NCBI GenBank assembly: GCA_902553555.1
Contig: CACDLE010000001.1
Location: 96,965 to 160,964 of the forward strand
DNA length: 64,000 nt
Origin: an uncultured Pelagibacteraceae bacterium
GTDB lineage: Bacteria > Pseudomonadota > Alphaproteobacteria > Pelagibacterales > Pelagibacteraceae
Direction: 5' to 3'
Positions 41,583 through 49,369 of this stretch are shown in pieces. A program made the position numbers and the translations under genes. Each line of letters opens with the position of its first letter. The stretch's first letter is position 1. Under the pieces are notes generated by a model, which saw only the letters and a program-made list of their open reading frames with translations, made no database searches and was not told the DNA's origin.

Positions 41583-42065
41583 GTGAAAGCAAATTCTCCA
41601 AATAAAGTAGCTATTATTATGGGTAGTAAAAGTGATTACCCTGTCATGAAAGAATGTGAACAAATTTTAAAAAAATTTGGTATTAAACATGATGTATTAA
41701 TTATAAGCGCTCATAGAACACCAGATAGACTTTTTAAATTTGCAAAAAATGCTCATAAAAATTACTCGGTTATTTGTGCAGGAGCAGGACGCGCAGCTCA
41801 CTTAGCAGGGATGTGCGCATCTTTAACTAAAATTCCAGTTATAGGAGTTCCAATTAAAGATAAAAAGACAGATGGAATCTCGGCATTATTTTCCTCCGCC
41901 GAGATGCCGAGTGGAATTCCAGTGGCTACAACGGCTATTAACGGAGCTCTTAATGCTGGACTATTGGCAATTTCTATTATCGCTTTACAAGACAAAAAGG
42001 TGAGAATTAAGCTTGAAAACTTCAGAGCAATACAAACAAAATCAGTAAAAAAAAGACCAAGGTAA
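41583..42065 (+). CDS. purE: N5-CAIR mutase
   Basis: IMGSKSD, SAHRTP, GAGRAAHLAG, MPSGIPVAT. Confidence 0.97.
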   Translation: MKANSPNKVAIIMGSKSDYPVMKECEQILKKFGIKHDVLIISAHRTPDRLFKFAKNAHKNYSVICAGAGRAAHLAGMCASLTKIPVIGVPIKDKKTDGISALFSSAEMPSGIPVATTAINGALNAGLLAISIIALQDKKVRIKLENFRAIQTKSVKKRPR

Positions 42066-43112
42066 ATGTCAAAATCTATTTGTTTAGGAGTAATTGGTGG
42101 GGGTCAACTAGGTTCACTTTTGTGTTCTGCTGCTAAAAAATTAAAAATAAAAACAGTTGTACTTTCAGACAGTAAAGAGGCGCCAGCACAACATTTCTGT
42201 GATCAATTTATTTATAGTAAATATGATAGTAATAAAAAAGTGCAAGAGTTTATTAATAAAGTTGATGTTGTAACCTATGAGTTTGAAAATATACCTGTAG
42301 ATTTTTTAAATCTCATTCAAAAAGAAAAAAAAGTATTACCCTCTCCTAAAATAAATAAAATTGCTCAAAACAGAAAACTTGAGAAGACTTTTGTTAATGA
42401 ACTAGGAATTAATACGACAGACTGGGTTTACATTAAGTCAGCAGAAGATATAAAGAAAAATCAACACCTTTTACCTGGAATACTTAAATCTAATACCTTA
42501 GGTTATGATGGAAAAGGTCAGTTTGTTCTGAATTCTCTGGATGATATTAAACAAGATTGGTGTTTTACTAACGATTATATTCTTGAAAAAAAAGTAGACT
42601 TAAAAAAAGAAATTTCAGTTGTTATTGCTAGATATGCAGACGGGACAATGACAAATTATGAGCCAATAGAAAATGTCCATCAAAATCAAATTTTATTTAA
42701 GTCAAAAATACCAGCTGATATTAATGATAAGATATTCAAAAAGGCTATTTCAAATGCAAAAAAAATATCTGAAAAATTTAATTATGTGGGTGTATTAACA
42801 GTAGAATATTTTATTACTGAAAAAGATGAACTCTTAGTAAATGAGCTGGCACCTCGTTTTCATAATTCAGGGCATTTGACCATCGATGCTTTCAACCAGT
42901 CGCAATTTAGCTTACATGTTTCATGTGTATGTAATTTAGGCTCGAAACCAATTGGTAAAATATCTAATGCAGAAATGTATAATATTTTAGGTTCTGAAAT
43001 TCTTGAATACAGAAAAAAGACATTTAAAAAAAATGAATTTTTTTATGATTATTTAAAGAAGGAACCTAGACAGGGAAGAAAAATGGGACATCTTACGATA
43101 TTAAAGAATTAA
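42066..43112 (+). CDS. purK: N5-CAIR synthetase
   Basis: GGGQLG, EFEN, GYDGKGQ, NELAPRFHNSGH, RKMGH. Confidence 0.97.
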   Translation: MSKSICLGVIGGGQLGSLLCSAAKKLKIKTVVLSDSKEAPAQHFCDQFIYSKYDSNKKVQEFINKVDVVTYEFENIPVDFLNLIQKEKKVLPSPKINKIAQNRKLEKTFVNELGINTTDWVYIKSAEDIKKNQHLLPGILKSNTLGYDGKGQFVLNSLDDIKQDWCFTNDYILEKKVDLKKEISVVIARYADGTMTNYEPIENVHQNQILFKSKIPADINDKIFKKAISNAKKISEKFNYVGVLTVEYFITEKDELLVNELAPRFHNSGHLTIDAFNQSQFSLHVSCVCNLGSKPIGKISNAEMYNILGSEILEYRKKTFKKNEFFYDYLKKEPRQGRKMGHLTILKN

Positions 43113-43913
43113 CTATTGAACTGTTATTCTAAACATTTTCCTATCACCATTAAAGGCAGTTGCTGCATGTAACATAGAACGATTTGACCAAAGAGCAATA
43201 TCACCCTTTTTCCAACCAAAACTATATGAAAAATTTTCATTTATTTGGTGAGAAGATAAAAAACTTATCAATTCTTCTTGCTCAGAGCTCAAATTAACTA
43301 TTCCAACAACATGACCTGGAGAACAATAAATTGTTTTTCTGCCATCAATAGATTGCACTAATTTATGCTCAGATTTTATTTCTTTTATTTCGCTAGTCCC
43401 GTGATCTGCCATCCTTAATTTTCGTGTTTGAGCTATTTTTCCTTGAGATGAAAAAATACCTTTTAAGTTTTCAATTTTTTGTTTTATTTCTTCTGGCAAA
43501 GCCTCGTATGCAAGAAATTGATTGTAAAACAATGTATTTCCTTTTCCCTCCTCTTCAGGCACTTCAACAGCCTGTAAAAAAGTGAACTTTGGCGGGCTTT
43601 CCAAGTATGAAGAATCAGTGTGAGGCCCCTCACCAAAACTTTTTCCAGTATCAGTTTTTTTTCTTTCAATAACGTAAATGTCTTTAAAATCTTTATGGGG
43701 TTTAAGCATAGGATATTTAGCTGGGATTCCAAAATTTGATGAAAAATTTATATATTCTTTCGGACTTAAACTTTGATTTTTAAAAAAAAGCACTCCGTAT
43801 TTATTAAGCAGTTTTTTTATTTCATCTATTTGTTCTTTTTTTACTTCTTTTAAATTAGTGTAAATAAAACATCCTACTTTATTGTCTGTTGGTTCAAATT
43901 CTATTTTTGACAT
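43113..43913 (-). CDS. TauD/TfdA-family 2-oxoglutarate dioxygenase
   Basis: GVLFFKNQ, HTDSSY (HxD), WSNRSMLH...R. Confidence 0.9.
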   Translation of the reverse strand: MSKIEFEPTDNKVGCFIYTNLKEVKKEQIDEIKKLLNKYGVLFFKNQSLSPKEYINFSSNFGIPAKYPMLKPHKDFKDIYVIERKKTDTGKSFGEGPHTDSSYLESPPKFTFLQAVEVPEEEGKGNTLFYNQFLAYEALPEEIKQKIENLKGIFSSQGKIAQTRKLRMADHGTSEIKEIKSEHKLVQSIDGRKTIYCSPGHVVGIVNLSSEQEELISFLSSHQINENFSYSFGWKKGDIALWSNRSMLHAATAFNGDRKMFRITVQ

Positions 43914-43936
43914 GTAAAATTGTAAACTAAATTATA

Positions 43937-44572
43937 TCAATCTGGCAATGGGTTAATTAGTTCTTTGAAATTATTTTTTGGGTTATTAATTTCAAGCCCG
44001 ATTTGATAAAAATTGAGATCTGGTGGTTTTATAGATTGTAAAATTTCTTGGGCATTATTTCTAAGATTTAAATAGTCATTAATTTTTGATTGATTAATTA
44101 TCAATGGTTGGCGGTGGTGAATCTTAGAATTTTCACCATCAGCCTCTCTTGTAATTATACTAAACTGATTGTTCTCAAATACTCCAGCAAAATACATTAA
44201 ATCATTATCATCTTTTAATTTAAAACAATAAGGAACTTTTTTATTTTCCTCAGATTTTGACCACTCATAAAAATAGCTACATGGTATCAATAATCTATTT
44301 GTTGAAATTAATCTTTTAAAATATGGTTTAACTAAACTTTCCAATCTAGTGTTATGCAAAGGTCTAAACCCCTCTTTGTCCTTTGCCCAACTTGGAAAAA
44401 TACTCCAACTCCCAAGCTCTAAAGCTCTTCCATTACTGTATTTTTTTATAACAGCAGCCTCTTGCCCTGGACTTATATTGAAATTATCGATGTTATCTAC
44501 TTTTCCAATTACAGTTTTAACAATATCTGAAGTTGCTTTTATTATATTAGTTTGTGCAAATCTTCCACACAT
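43937..44572 (-). CDS. SRAP / YedK-HMCES abasic-site protecting protein
   Basis: N-terminal MCGRF, NISPG, FYEW, IHHRQP. Confidence 0.92.
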   Translation of the reverse strand: MCGRFAQTNIIKATSDIVKTVIGKVDNIDNFNISPGQEAAVIKKYSNGRALELGSWSIFPSWAKDKEGFRPLHNTRLESLVKPYFKRLISTNRLLIPCSYFYEWSKSEENKKVPYCFKLKDDNDLMYFAGVFENNQFSIITREADGENSKIHHRQPLIINQSKINDYLNLRNNAQEILQSIKPPDLNFYQIGLEINNPKNNFKELINPLPD

Positions 44573-44579
44573 TTGAAAT

Positions 44580-45027
44580 CTATTTTACGAATTCTTTTAT
44601 ACGCTCTATCGTGCTTTTTTTTGGGCCTTCATATTTAATCGAATATGAATTTGACGTAGTCAAAACTTCAACACCTTTTGTAAATATAAAAATAAAAAAT
44701 ATTATGAAAAAAACTACAAATATTTTTGCAGGATTATAGTTCCCTGTTTCAAAAACACTTTTTTTCTCAACATTTGCTTTATGAAAAAATTTAAAAGTAA
44801 TGTAAACAGCAATTATTAAACCAATGTGTGCAAGTATAACGCCTGGCCCACCCCCAAATAAAACTTGTTAAGCTAAATACGTATAAACTAAAAACAGTTG
44901 ACCATACAAAAGATAATACTATTAAAATTTGAAGCCTTACGGTTTTTGGAAGAGATCTTAAATCATTCTTGCTATCGTCAAACATTATGTTTGCTGTTTC
45001 GACCATCCAATTTTTTAAACTTTCCAT
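44580..45027 (-). pseudogene. Frameshifted membrane protein gene (about 148 aa if repaired), or a sequencing error
   Basis: Removing 1 nt near 44845-44856 continues ...FIWGW into GVILAHIGLIIAVYITFKFF...ERIKEFVK* and ends 7 nt before the SRAP start. Confidence 0.7.
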
Positions 45028-45063
45028 AATTGATTTATATACTTTTTATATTGAAAATAAAAT

Positions 45064-45639
45064 TCATAATTTTCTTGCCAAATTTCTTACTCTCCTCATA
45101 TGCTTTTCAAATTTTTCCTGCGACATTCCAGGCAAAACTTCATAAAATCTAATATAACTTGTCCTCATTCCTCCAAGCTTTAAAACTCCAGCTTTAATTC
45201 TTCTGAAAGGAATATTTTGAAACCATGTCTGGATACTAAACCAATTGCCACCATAACTCATACTCATTATTGCTCTCTTATTTTTCATAGCACCTGCAAC
45301 TGGATAACCCCAATTACCAACTAATCTTTTAAATGAAAAAAAAAATTTTGGAGCGAGTGTGATGTCAATGAAATTTTCCATGATCGCAGTTGCCCTTAAG
45401 TTATAACAAGGTGAAATCATAAATAATACGTCACTTTTAACTAACCTTTTTCTGTAATCTAAAATTTGCTCACTAGGTTCAGAACCGTCATAATAGGGTA
45501 TAGGTTTTTCTTCATGCAAATTAATTAAATCAATTTCGTGACCCAGTTTTTCTGCCTCCTCAATAAATGTATCTCTTATTGAAGCATTAAAACAACTTTT
45601 TGTATTATGATGACCGTAAACAATAAATATTCTACTCAT
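45064..45639 (-). CDS. Flavodoxin-like NAD(P)H-dependent oxidoreductase (MdaB/KefF family)
   Basis: IVYGHH..SCFN, EIDLINL, SPCYN..TAIMENFID. Confidence 0.8.
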   Translation of the reverse strand: MSRIFIVYGHHNTKSCFNASIRDTFIEEAEKLGHEIDLINLHEEKPIPYYDGSEPSEQILDYRKRLVKSDVLFMISPCYNLRATAIMENFIDITLAPKFFFSFKRLVGNWGYPVAGAMKNKRAIMSMSYGGNWFSIQTWFQNIPFRRIKAGVLKLGGMRTSYIRFYEVLPGMSQEKFEKHMRRVRNLARKL

Positions 45640-45857
45640 TTAATTTTTTTAAAATAATTAATAATCTCTTCTACTCTAATAAATTTAACACCAAAGATAA
45701 ATCCTAAACCAGCTCCATACCAGACAGCCCCAGCTAAACCATATCCGTCTATGCTTATATCTACTTCATAATAGACTTGTATTTTTCTCACAAAATAATA
45801 GAAAATTAAAGCCCCAATTATTCCGTTGATAAAAAAAAATTTATTTATCTTCCTCAC
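45636..45857 (-). CDS. Small two-TM hypothetical protein
   Basis: Two hydrophobic segments; probable GTG start 45857; 4-nt overlap with the downstream gene. Confidence 0.55.
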   Translation of the reverse strand: MRKINKFFFINGIIGALIFYYFVRKIQVYYEVDISIDGYGLAGAVWYGAGLGFIFGVKFIRVEEIINYFKKIK

Positions 45858-46002
45858 TTTCAACTTTATCCTTCCAAAAAAATATGCCAGTTCCTCCACC
45901 TATTAGAATTGCCGATACTATCCAAGCCGATTCGTGTTTTACAAATATGGTAATTACGCCAGCTAAAACTAAAAGTATGCCTAAATGTCTATTTTTCATC
46001 AT
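45841..46002 (-). CDS. Small two-TM protein, 53 aa (not in ORF track)
   Basis: Hand translation MMKNRHLGILLVLAGVITIFVKHESAWIVSAILIGGGTGIFFWKDKVESEEDK*. Confidence 0.7.
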   Translation of the reverse strand: MMKNRHLGILLVLAGVITIFVKHESAWIVSAILIGGGTGIFFWKDKVESEEDK

Positions 46003-46012
46003 TTATCTTTTA

Positions 46013-46042
46013 TTGACATGTATCAATGTTATACAATAGAAT
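46013..46042 (+). promoter_or_regulatory. Sigma70-type promoter
   Basis: TTGACA-N18-TAGAAT; predicted +1 near A46049. Confidence 0.7.
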
Positions 46043-46048
46043 TAGCTT

Positions 46049-46096
46049 ACCATCCACATGGTCAGAAAGTGGCTCATCTACATGAGTTAAAAGTAG
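46049..46096 (+). ncRNA. Structured leader RNA: two tandem 24-nt H-type pseudoknot units
   Basis: ACCAT-CCAC-ATGGT-CAGAAA-GTGG followed by CTCAT-CTAC-ATGAG-TTAAAA-GTAG; three compensatory base-pair changes between units. Confidence 0.75.
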
Positions 46097-46122
46097 GTTG
46101 AATAAACTAACAAGGAGAATGT

Positions 46123-46314
46123 ATGGACAGACATACAAAACTGTTAAAAGAATTCAGCCGAAGCAAAACACAGGCTGAACTCTTAAATAAATTAAATAAA
46201 TCCAGAAAAGCCATTAACACTGGAAACTCAGGCACTTTTGGCTATAGGTTAAAAGAAGGTACGAATGCTGGAAAAGTTCTTAAACATTTAAAAAAGACTT
46301 CAGATAATATTTAA
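46123..46314 (+). CDS. Small basic hypothetical protein, 63 aa
   Basis: AAGGAG RBS at 46112-46117; own promoter and 3' hairpin. Confidence 0.85.
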   Translation: MDRHTKLLKEFSRSKTQAELLNKLNKSRKAINTGNSGTFGYRLKEGTNAGKVLKHLKKTSDNI

Positions 46315-46321
46315 CTCTTGT

Positions 46322-46344
46322 AGGGGTAGCAGCCAGCTACCCCT
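46322..46344 (+). terminator. GC-rich hairpin at the 3' end of the 63-aa gene
   Basis: AGGGGTAGC-agcca-GCTACCCCT 9-bp stem, 7 nt after the stop; no immediate U tract. Confidence 0.7.
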
Positions 46345-46479
46345 CAAAAATTAATTTTCCAAACCTCATCTTGTACTTCGTGAGATGATATAACTAAGTT
46401 AGATATACATATAGATATAAGTAATTAGGGCATTATTTACTAATTTGTATTTTTCGAAAAGACGTATATCTTACGAATC

Positions 46480-47550
46480 ATGGAAAAATATTTAATTATT
46501 TTAAACTTTTTCGTTCTTTTTGCTTTAATTGCGGTAGTTTTCTTAATTTTAAAGAATAATAGAGAAAAAAAAGAGAGAGAAATTCGAGAAAATGAGAGTT
46601 TTAAAAATGAAAACGACAAATTTGAGGAATTGAAAAGGACTGTTTCAGAAAGATTAGAAAACGTTTCAAATTCTTACAATACCTTTTCAAACAAAATTAC
46701 CAAAGATATTACTGACTCTTTTACTAGATATGAGAAAGACGTCAAAAATTTCAATGAAAAAGTTCAAAACATGAATGAAGTTCAATCTAATCTTACCAAA
46801 ATTTTTTCCAATGTTAAAAAATTTGGAACAGCAGCTGAATTTTCTTTAGCTTCTCTTTTAAAAGATTTATTAGCCCCAAGTCAGTATGTTCCTAACGCAA
46901 AAATAAAATCTGATAGTCAAGGAACAGTTGAATTTGCAATTAAATTACCTAAGAATATTTTAGTAGCAGTAGACTCTTTTTTTCCTGCAGCAATTTTAGA
47001 AAGAATAAAAGACGCCGATGAAACAGATAATAAAAAATTTTCGGCTGATGCTAGACAAGAGCTAGCTGATGCCATAGATGAAAAGGCAGAAAAAATTAGT
47101 AAAAAATATATAGAGCCACCAAAAACAACACCTTTTGGCGTTCTATATTTGCCTACTGAGAGTTTATTTTACGAAGTTTGTAATCACAGACATAAAAAAA
47201 CCAAAGAGCCTTTACTTCAAACTCTTCAAAGGGAATACAATATTATGGTTCTTGGACCTACTACTTTATCAGTATTTCTACAAAGTTTACATATGGGATT
47301 TGATACACTTCAAGTTCAAGTAAAAAGTAAAAAAATCTACGAGGACCTACAAAAGTTAAGGTATAATTTTAATAATCATATGAAAGTTATTGAAGAAATT
47401 TATAAATATACAAATCTGTCGTTAAAAAAAATTGAAGAAGCAGGAAAATCAGGAAGATCAATTACCAATGTTTTAGAAAATGTTCAAGAACCAGAAGCAA
47501 TTGATGTATCTCCAGAAAAAAATACCAATAATTTAAAAGTTTTAAAATAA
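46480..47550 (+). CDS. rmuC: DNA recombination protein RmuC
   Basis: N-terminal TM plus coiled coil, KKFGTAAE, VEFAIKLP, VDSFFP, KYIEPPKT, LYLPTESL, GPTTL. Confidence 0.9.
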   Translation: MEKYLIILNFFVLFALIAVVFLILKNNREKKEREIRENESFKNENDKFEELKRTVSERLENVSNSYNTFSNKITKDITDSFTRYEKDVKNFNEKVQNMNEVQSNLTKIFSNVKKFGTAAEFSLASLLKDLLAPSQYVPNAKIKSDSQGTVEFAIKLPKNILVAVDSFFPAAILERIKDADETDNKKFSADARQELADAIDEKAEKISKKYIEPPKTTPFGVLYLPTESLFYEVCNHRHKKTKEPLLQTLQREYNIMVLGPTTLSVFLQSLHMGFDTLQVQVKSKKIYEDLQKLRYNFNNHMKVIEEIYKYTNLSLKKIEEAGKSGRSITNVLENVQEPEAIDVSPEKNTNNLKVLK

Positions 47551-48968
47551 TGGCCAACTTCGTTTTCTACGATCTAGAGACATCGGATAGTTCTTTGAAT
47601 TTTTCTCAAGTATTAGAGGCCAGCTTTATAATTTGTAATGATAATTTAGATGAAGTAAAAAGAGCCTCCTTTTATTCTAGAATAAATAAAACGCAAATAC
47701 CACATCCAGGCGCTCTATTGACAAATGGCATAAGTATAAAAAGATTAAAAGAAACAAATCTATCAGAATATGAAATGGTAAAACAAATTTTCAAGTTTTT
47801 TGAAAATTCGGGAAAATTAATTTTTATGGGTTGGAACTCATCAAATTTTGACCGTAATATTTGTAGAGCTACCTTTTGGAGAAGTTTAGAGAGACCTTAT
47901 TTGATGAATACTAATGGAAATTCAGAAGCTGATCTCTTACACATAGCTAGAGCATCTCATTTATATTATCCTGGTGTCATTAAGACGGGTACAACTAAAA
48001 AAAACAATCCTGAATTTAAACTGACAAGTATTTCAAAAGCCAACAATATTAAACACGAATTTAAACATTCTGCAGAGTCAGATACGCTTGCTACACTTTT
48101 AACAGCTCGTTTAATAAAACAAAAAGCTCCTGCGTTATGGCAATCCTCATTTTTAACAACTAGCAAAAACGATGTCTTATCTATTTTAAAAAAAGAGTTA
48201 ATGTGTATTTCTACAGAAAATTATGGAGGGGGACCTAAAGGTCATTTGGTAACTTACATTTCACAACATCCTATTTATGGCTATCCTCTTGCAATAGACT
48301 TACGCCATGATGTAGATACTTTTTTAGATATAAATACAGACCAATTAAGAGACTTACTTAAATCAAAGCCAAAGCCGATAAGAACAATAAAGCATTCAGC
48401 TCATCCAATAATAATGAACCCTTCATTTATTCAAAATATTGAACCCTATAACGCAATTGGGATGGAAAAATTAATCGAGAGAGCAAAAAAAATAAAAGAA
48501 AATAAAAATCTTGCTGAAAGACTATCGATAATTAAAAAGGAGGAGGTAGAAGAAAAAAATCAAAGTAATCAGCTTGATAAATATGTTGAGGAGACCATCT
48601 ACAAAGGTGGCTTTCCAAATGCTAAAGATAACCTAAATATTCAAAAATTTAACCAGGCAAATAATTGGAACGATAAATTAAAGTTAAAAGATATATTCGA
48701 AGATGAAAGATATAGCTATCTTGCGAATAGATTAATTTTTGAGAACAACCCCGAGATTTTGAGTAAAAGTGACTACAAAAAAATTCATTCTCATTTTGCC
48801 GAAAACTTTTTAGCTACAGAAAAAAAACCTTTTACAACTATACCTAGTGCTTTTAAAGCTGTAGATGACTTGAGGAACGAGCATTCTAAAGATGAAAAAA
48901 AATTGTCTCAATTAGAGGAAATCAATACTTATTTACAAGAACTTCAAAAATTTTATGAAGCAGCTTAA
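47550..48968 (+). CDS. sbcB: Exonuclease I (DEDDh)
   Basis: FYDLETS, PHPGALLTNG, GWNSSNFD, FKLT, HSAESDT; 472 aa. Confidence 0.85.
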   Translation: MANFVFYDLETSDSSLNFSQVLEASFIICNDNLDEVKRASFYSRINKTQIPHPGALLTNGISIKRLKETNLSEYEMVKQIFKFFENSGKLIFMGWNSSNFDRNICRATFWRSLERPYLMNTNGNSEADLLHIARASHLYYPGVIKTGTTKKNNPEFKLTSISKANNIKHEFKHSAESDTLATLLTARLIKQKAPALWQSSFLTTSKNDVLSILKKELMCISTENYGGGPKGHLVTYISQHPIYGYPLAIDLRHDVDTFLDINTDQLRDLLKSKPKPIRTIKHSAHPIIMNPSFIQNIEPYNAIGMEKLIERAKKIKENKNLAERLSIIKKEEVEEKNQSNQLDKYVEETIYKGGFPNAKDNLNIQKFNQANNWNDKLKLKDIFEDERYSYLANRLIFENNPEILSKSDYKKIHSHFAENFLATEKKPFTTIPSAFKAVDDLRNEHSKDEKKLSQLEEINTYLQELQKFYEAA

Positions 48969-49021
48969 GAAATATAAAATCAACAGTTGACTTTAAAAAA
49001 AAAAATAACTATCTAAATTCT

Positions 49022-49369
49022 ATGGCTGAACTAATACAAATTACTGACAACAACTATGAAAAAGAAATTCATCAAAGCAACGACATCTGGTGCGTAACAT
49101 TTAGTGCGCTTTCCTTTTGCCAGCCTTGTAAAATGCTTCATCCCGTGATTGAGTCCATAGCCAAAAATAACAAAGTTCCAGGCGTCAAATTTGGTGTAGT
49201 TGCAACGGAAGATACTGGTTTAAATTTTTCAACTATGATGAATGTGAGAGGGGTGCCAACATCTCACGTTATGAAAGGTAACAAGATTTTAGGTACAAAA
49301 GTTGGCTTCGTAGAAGAATCTAAATTTATTGAATTTGTAAAAACTACAGTAGAAGAAAATAAGAGTTAG
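49022..49369 (+). CDS. trxA: Thioredoxin (FCQPC active site)
   Basis: FSALSFCQPCK, VRGVPT cis-Pro; convergent with folC as in the usual alphaproteobacterial trxA locus. Confidence 0.8.
   Translation: MAELIQITDNNYEKEIHQSNDIWCVTFSALSFCQPCKMLHPVIESIAKNNKVPGVKFGVVATEDTGLNFSTMMNVRGVPTSHVMKGNKILGTKVGFVEESKFIEFVKTTVEENKS

Noticed and set aside
44554-44739. 61-aa plus-strand ORF
   Set aside because: Antisense to the distal half of the frameshifted membrane gene, which explains the region better
46049-46096. Tandem 24-mers as a mini CRISPR array or a canonical type III TA locus
   Set aside because: No spacers and no cas genes; the downstream ORF is far too short for ToxN/AbiQ and no terminator intervenes. 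Kept as a structured RNA finding instead
46420-46479. SAM-V-like riboswitch before rmuC
   Set aside because: Only superficial similarity (AATTAG...GCATT); the pairings and conserved core could not be built, and the gene context does not fit
43113-48968. Prophage or mobile element (SRAP, nucleases, small ORFs)
   Set aside because: No integrase, transposase, structural genes, att repeats or tRNA target visible
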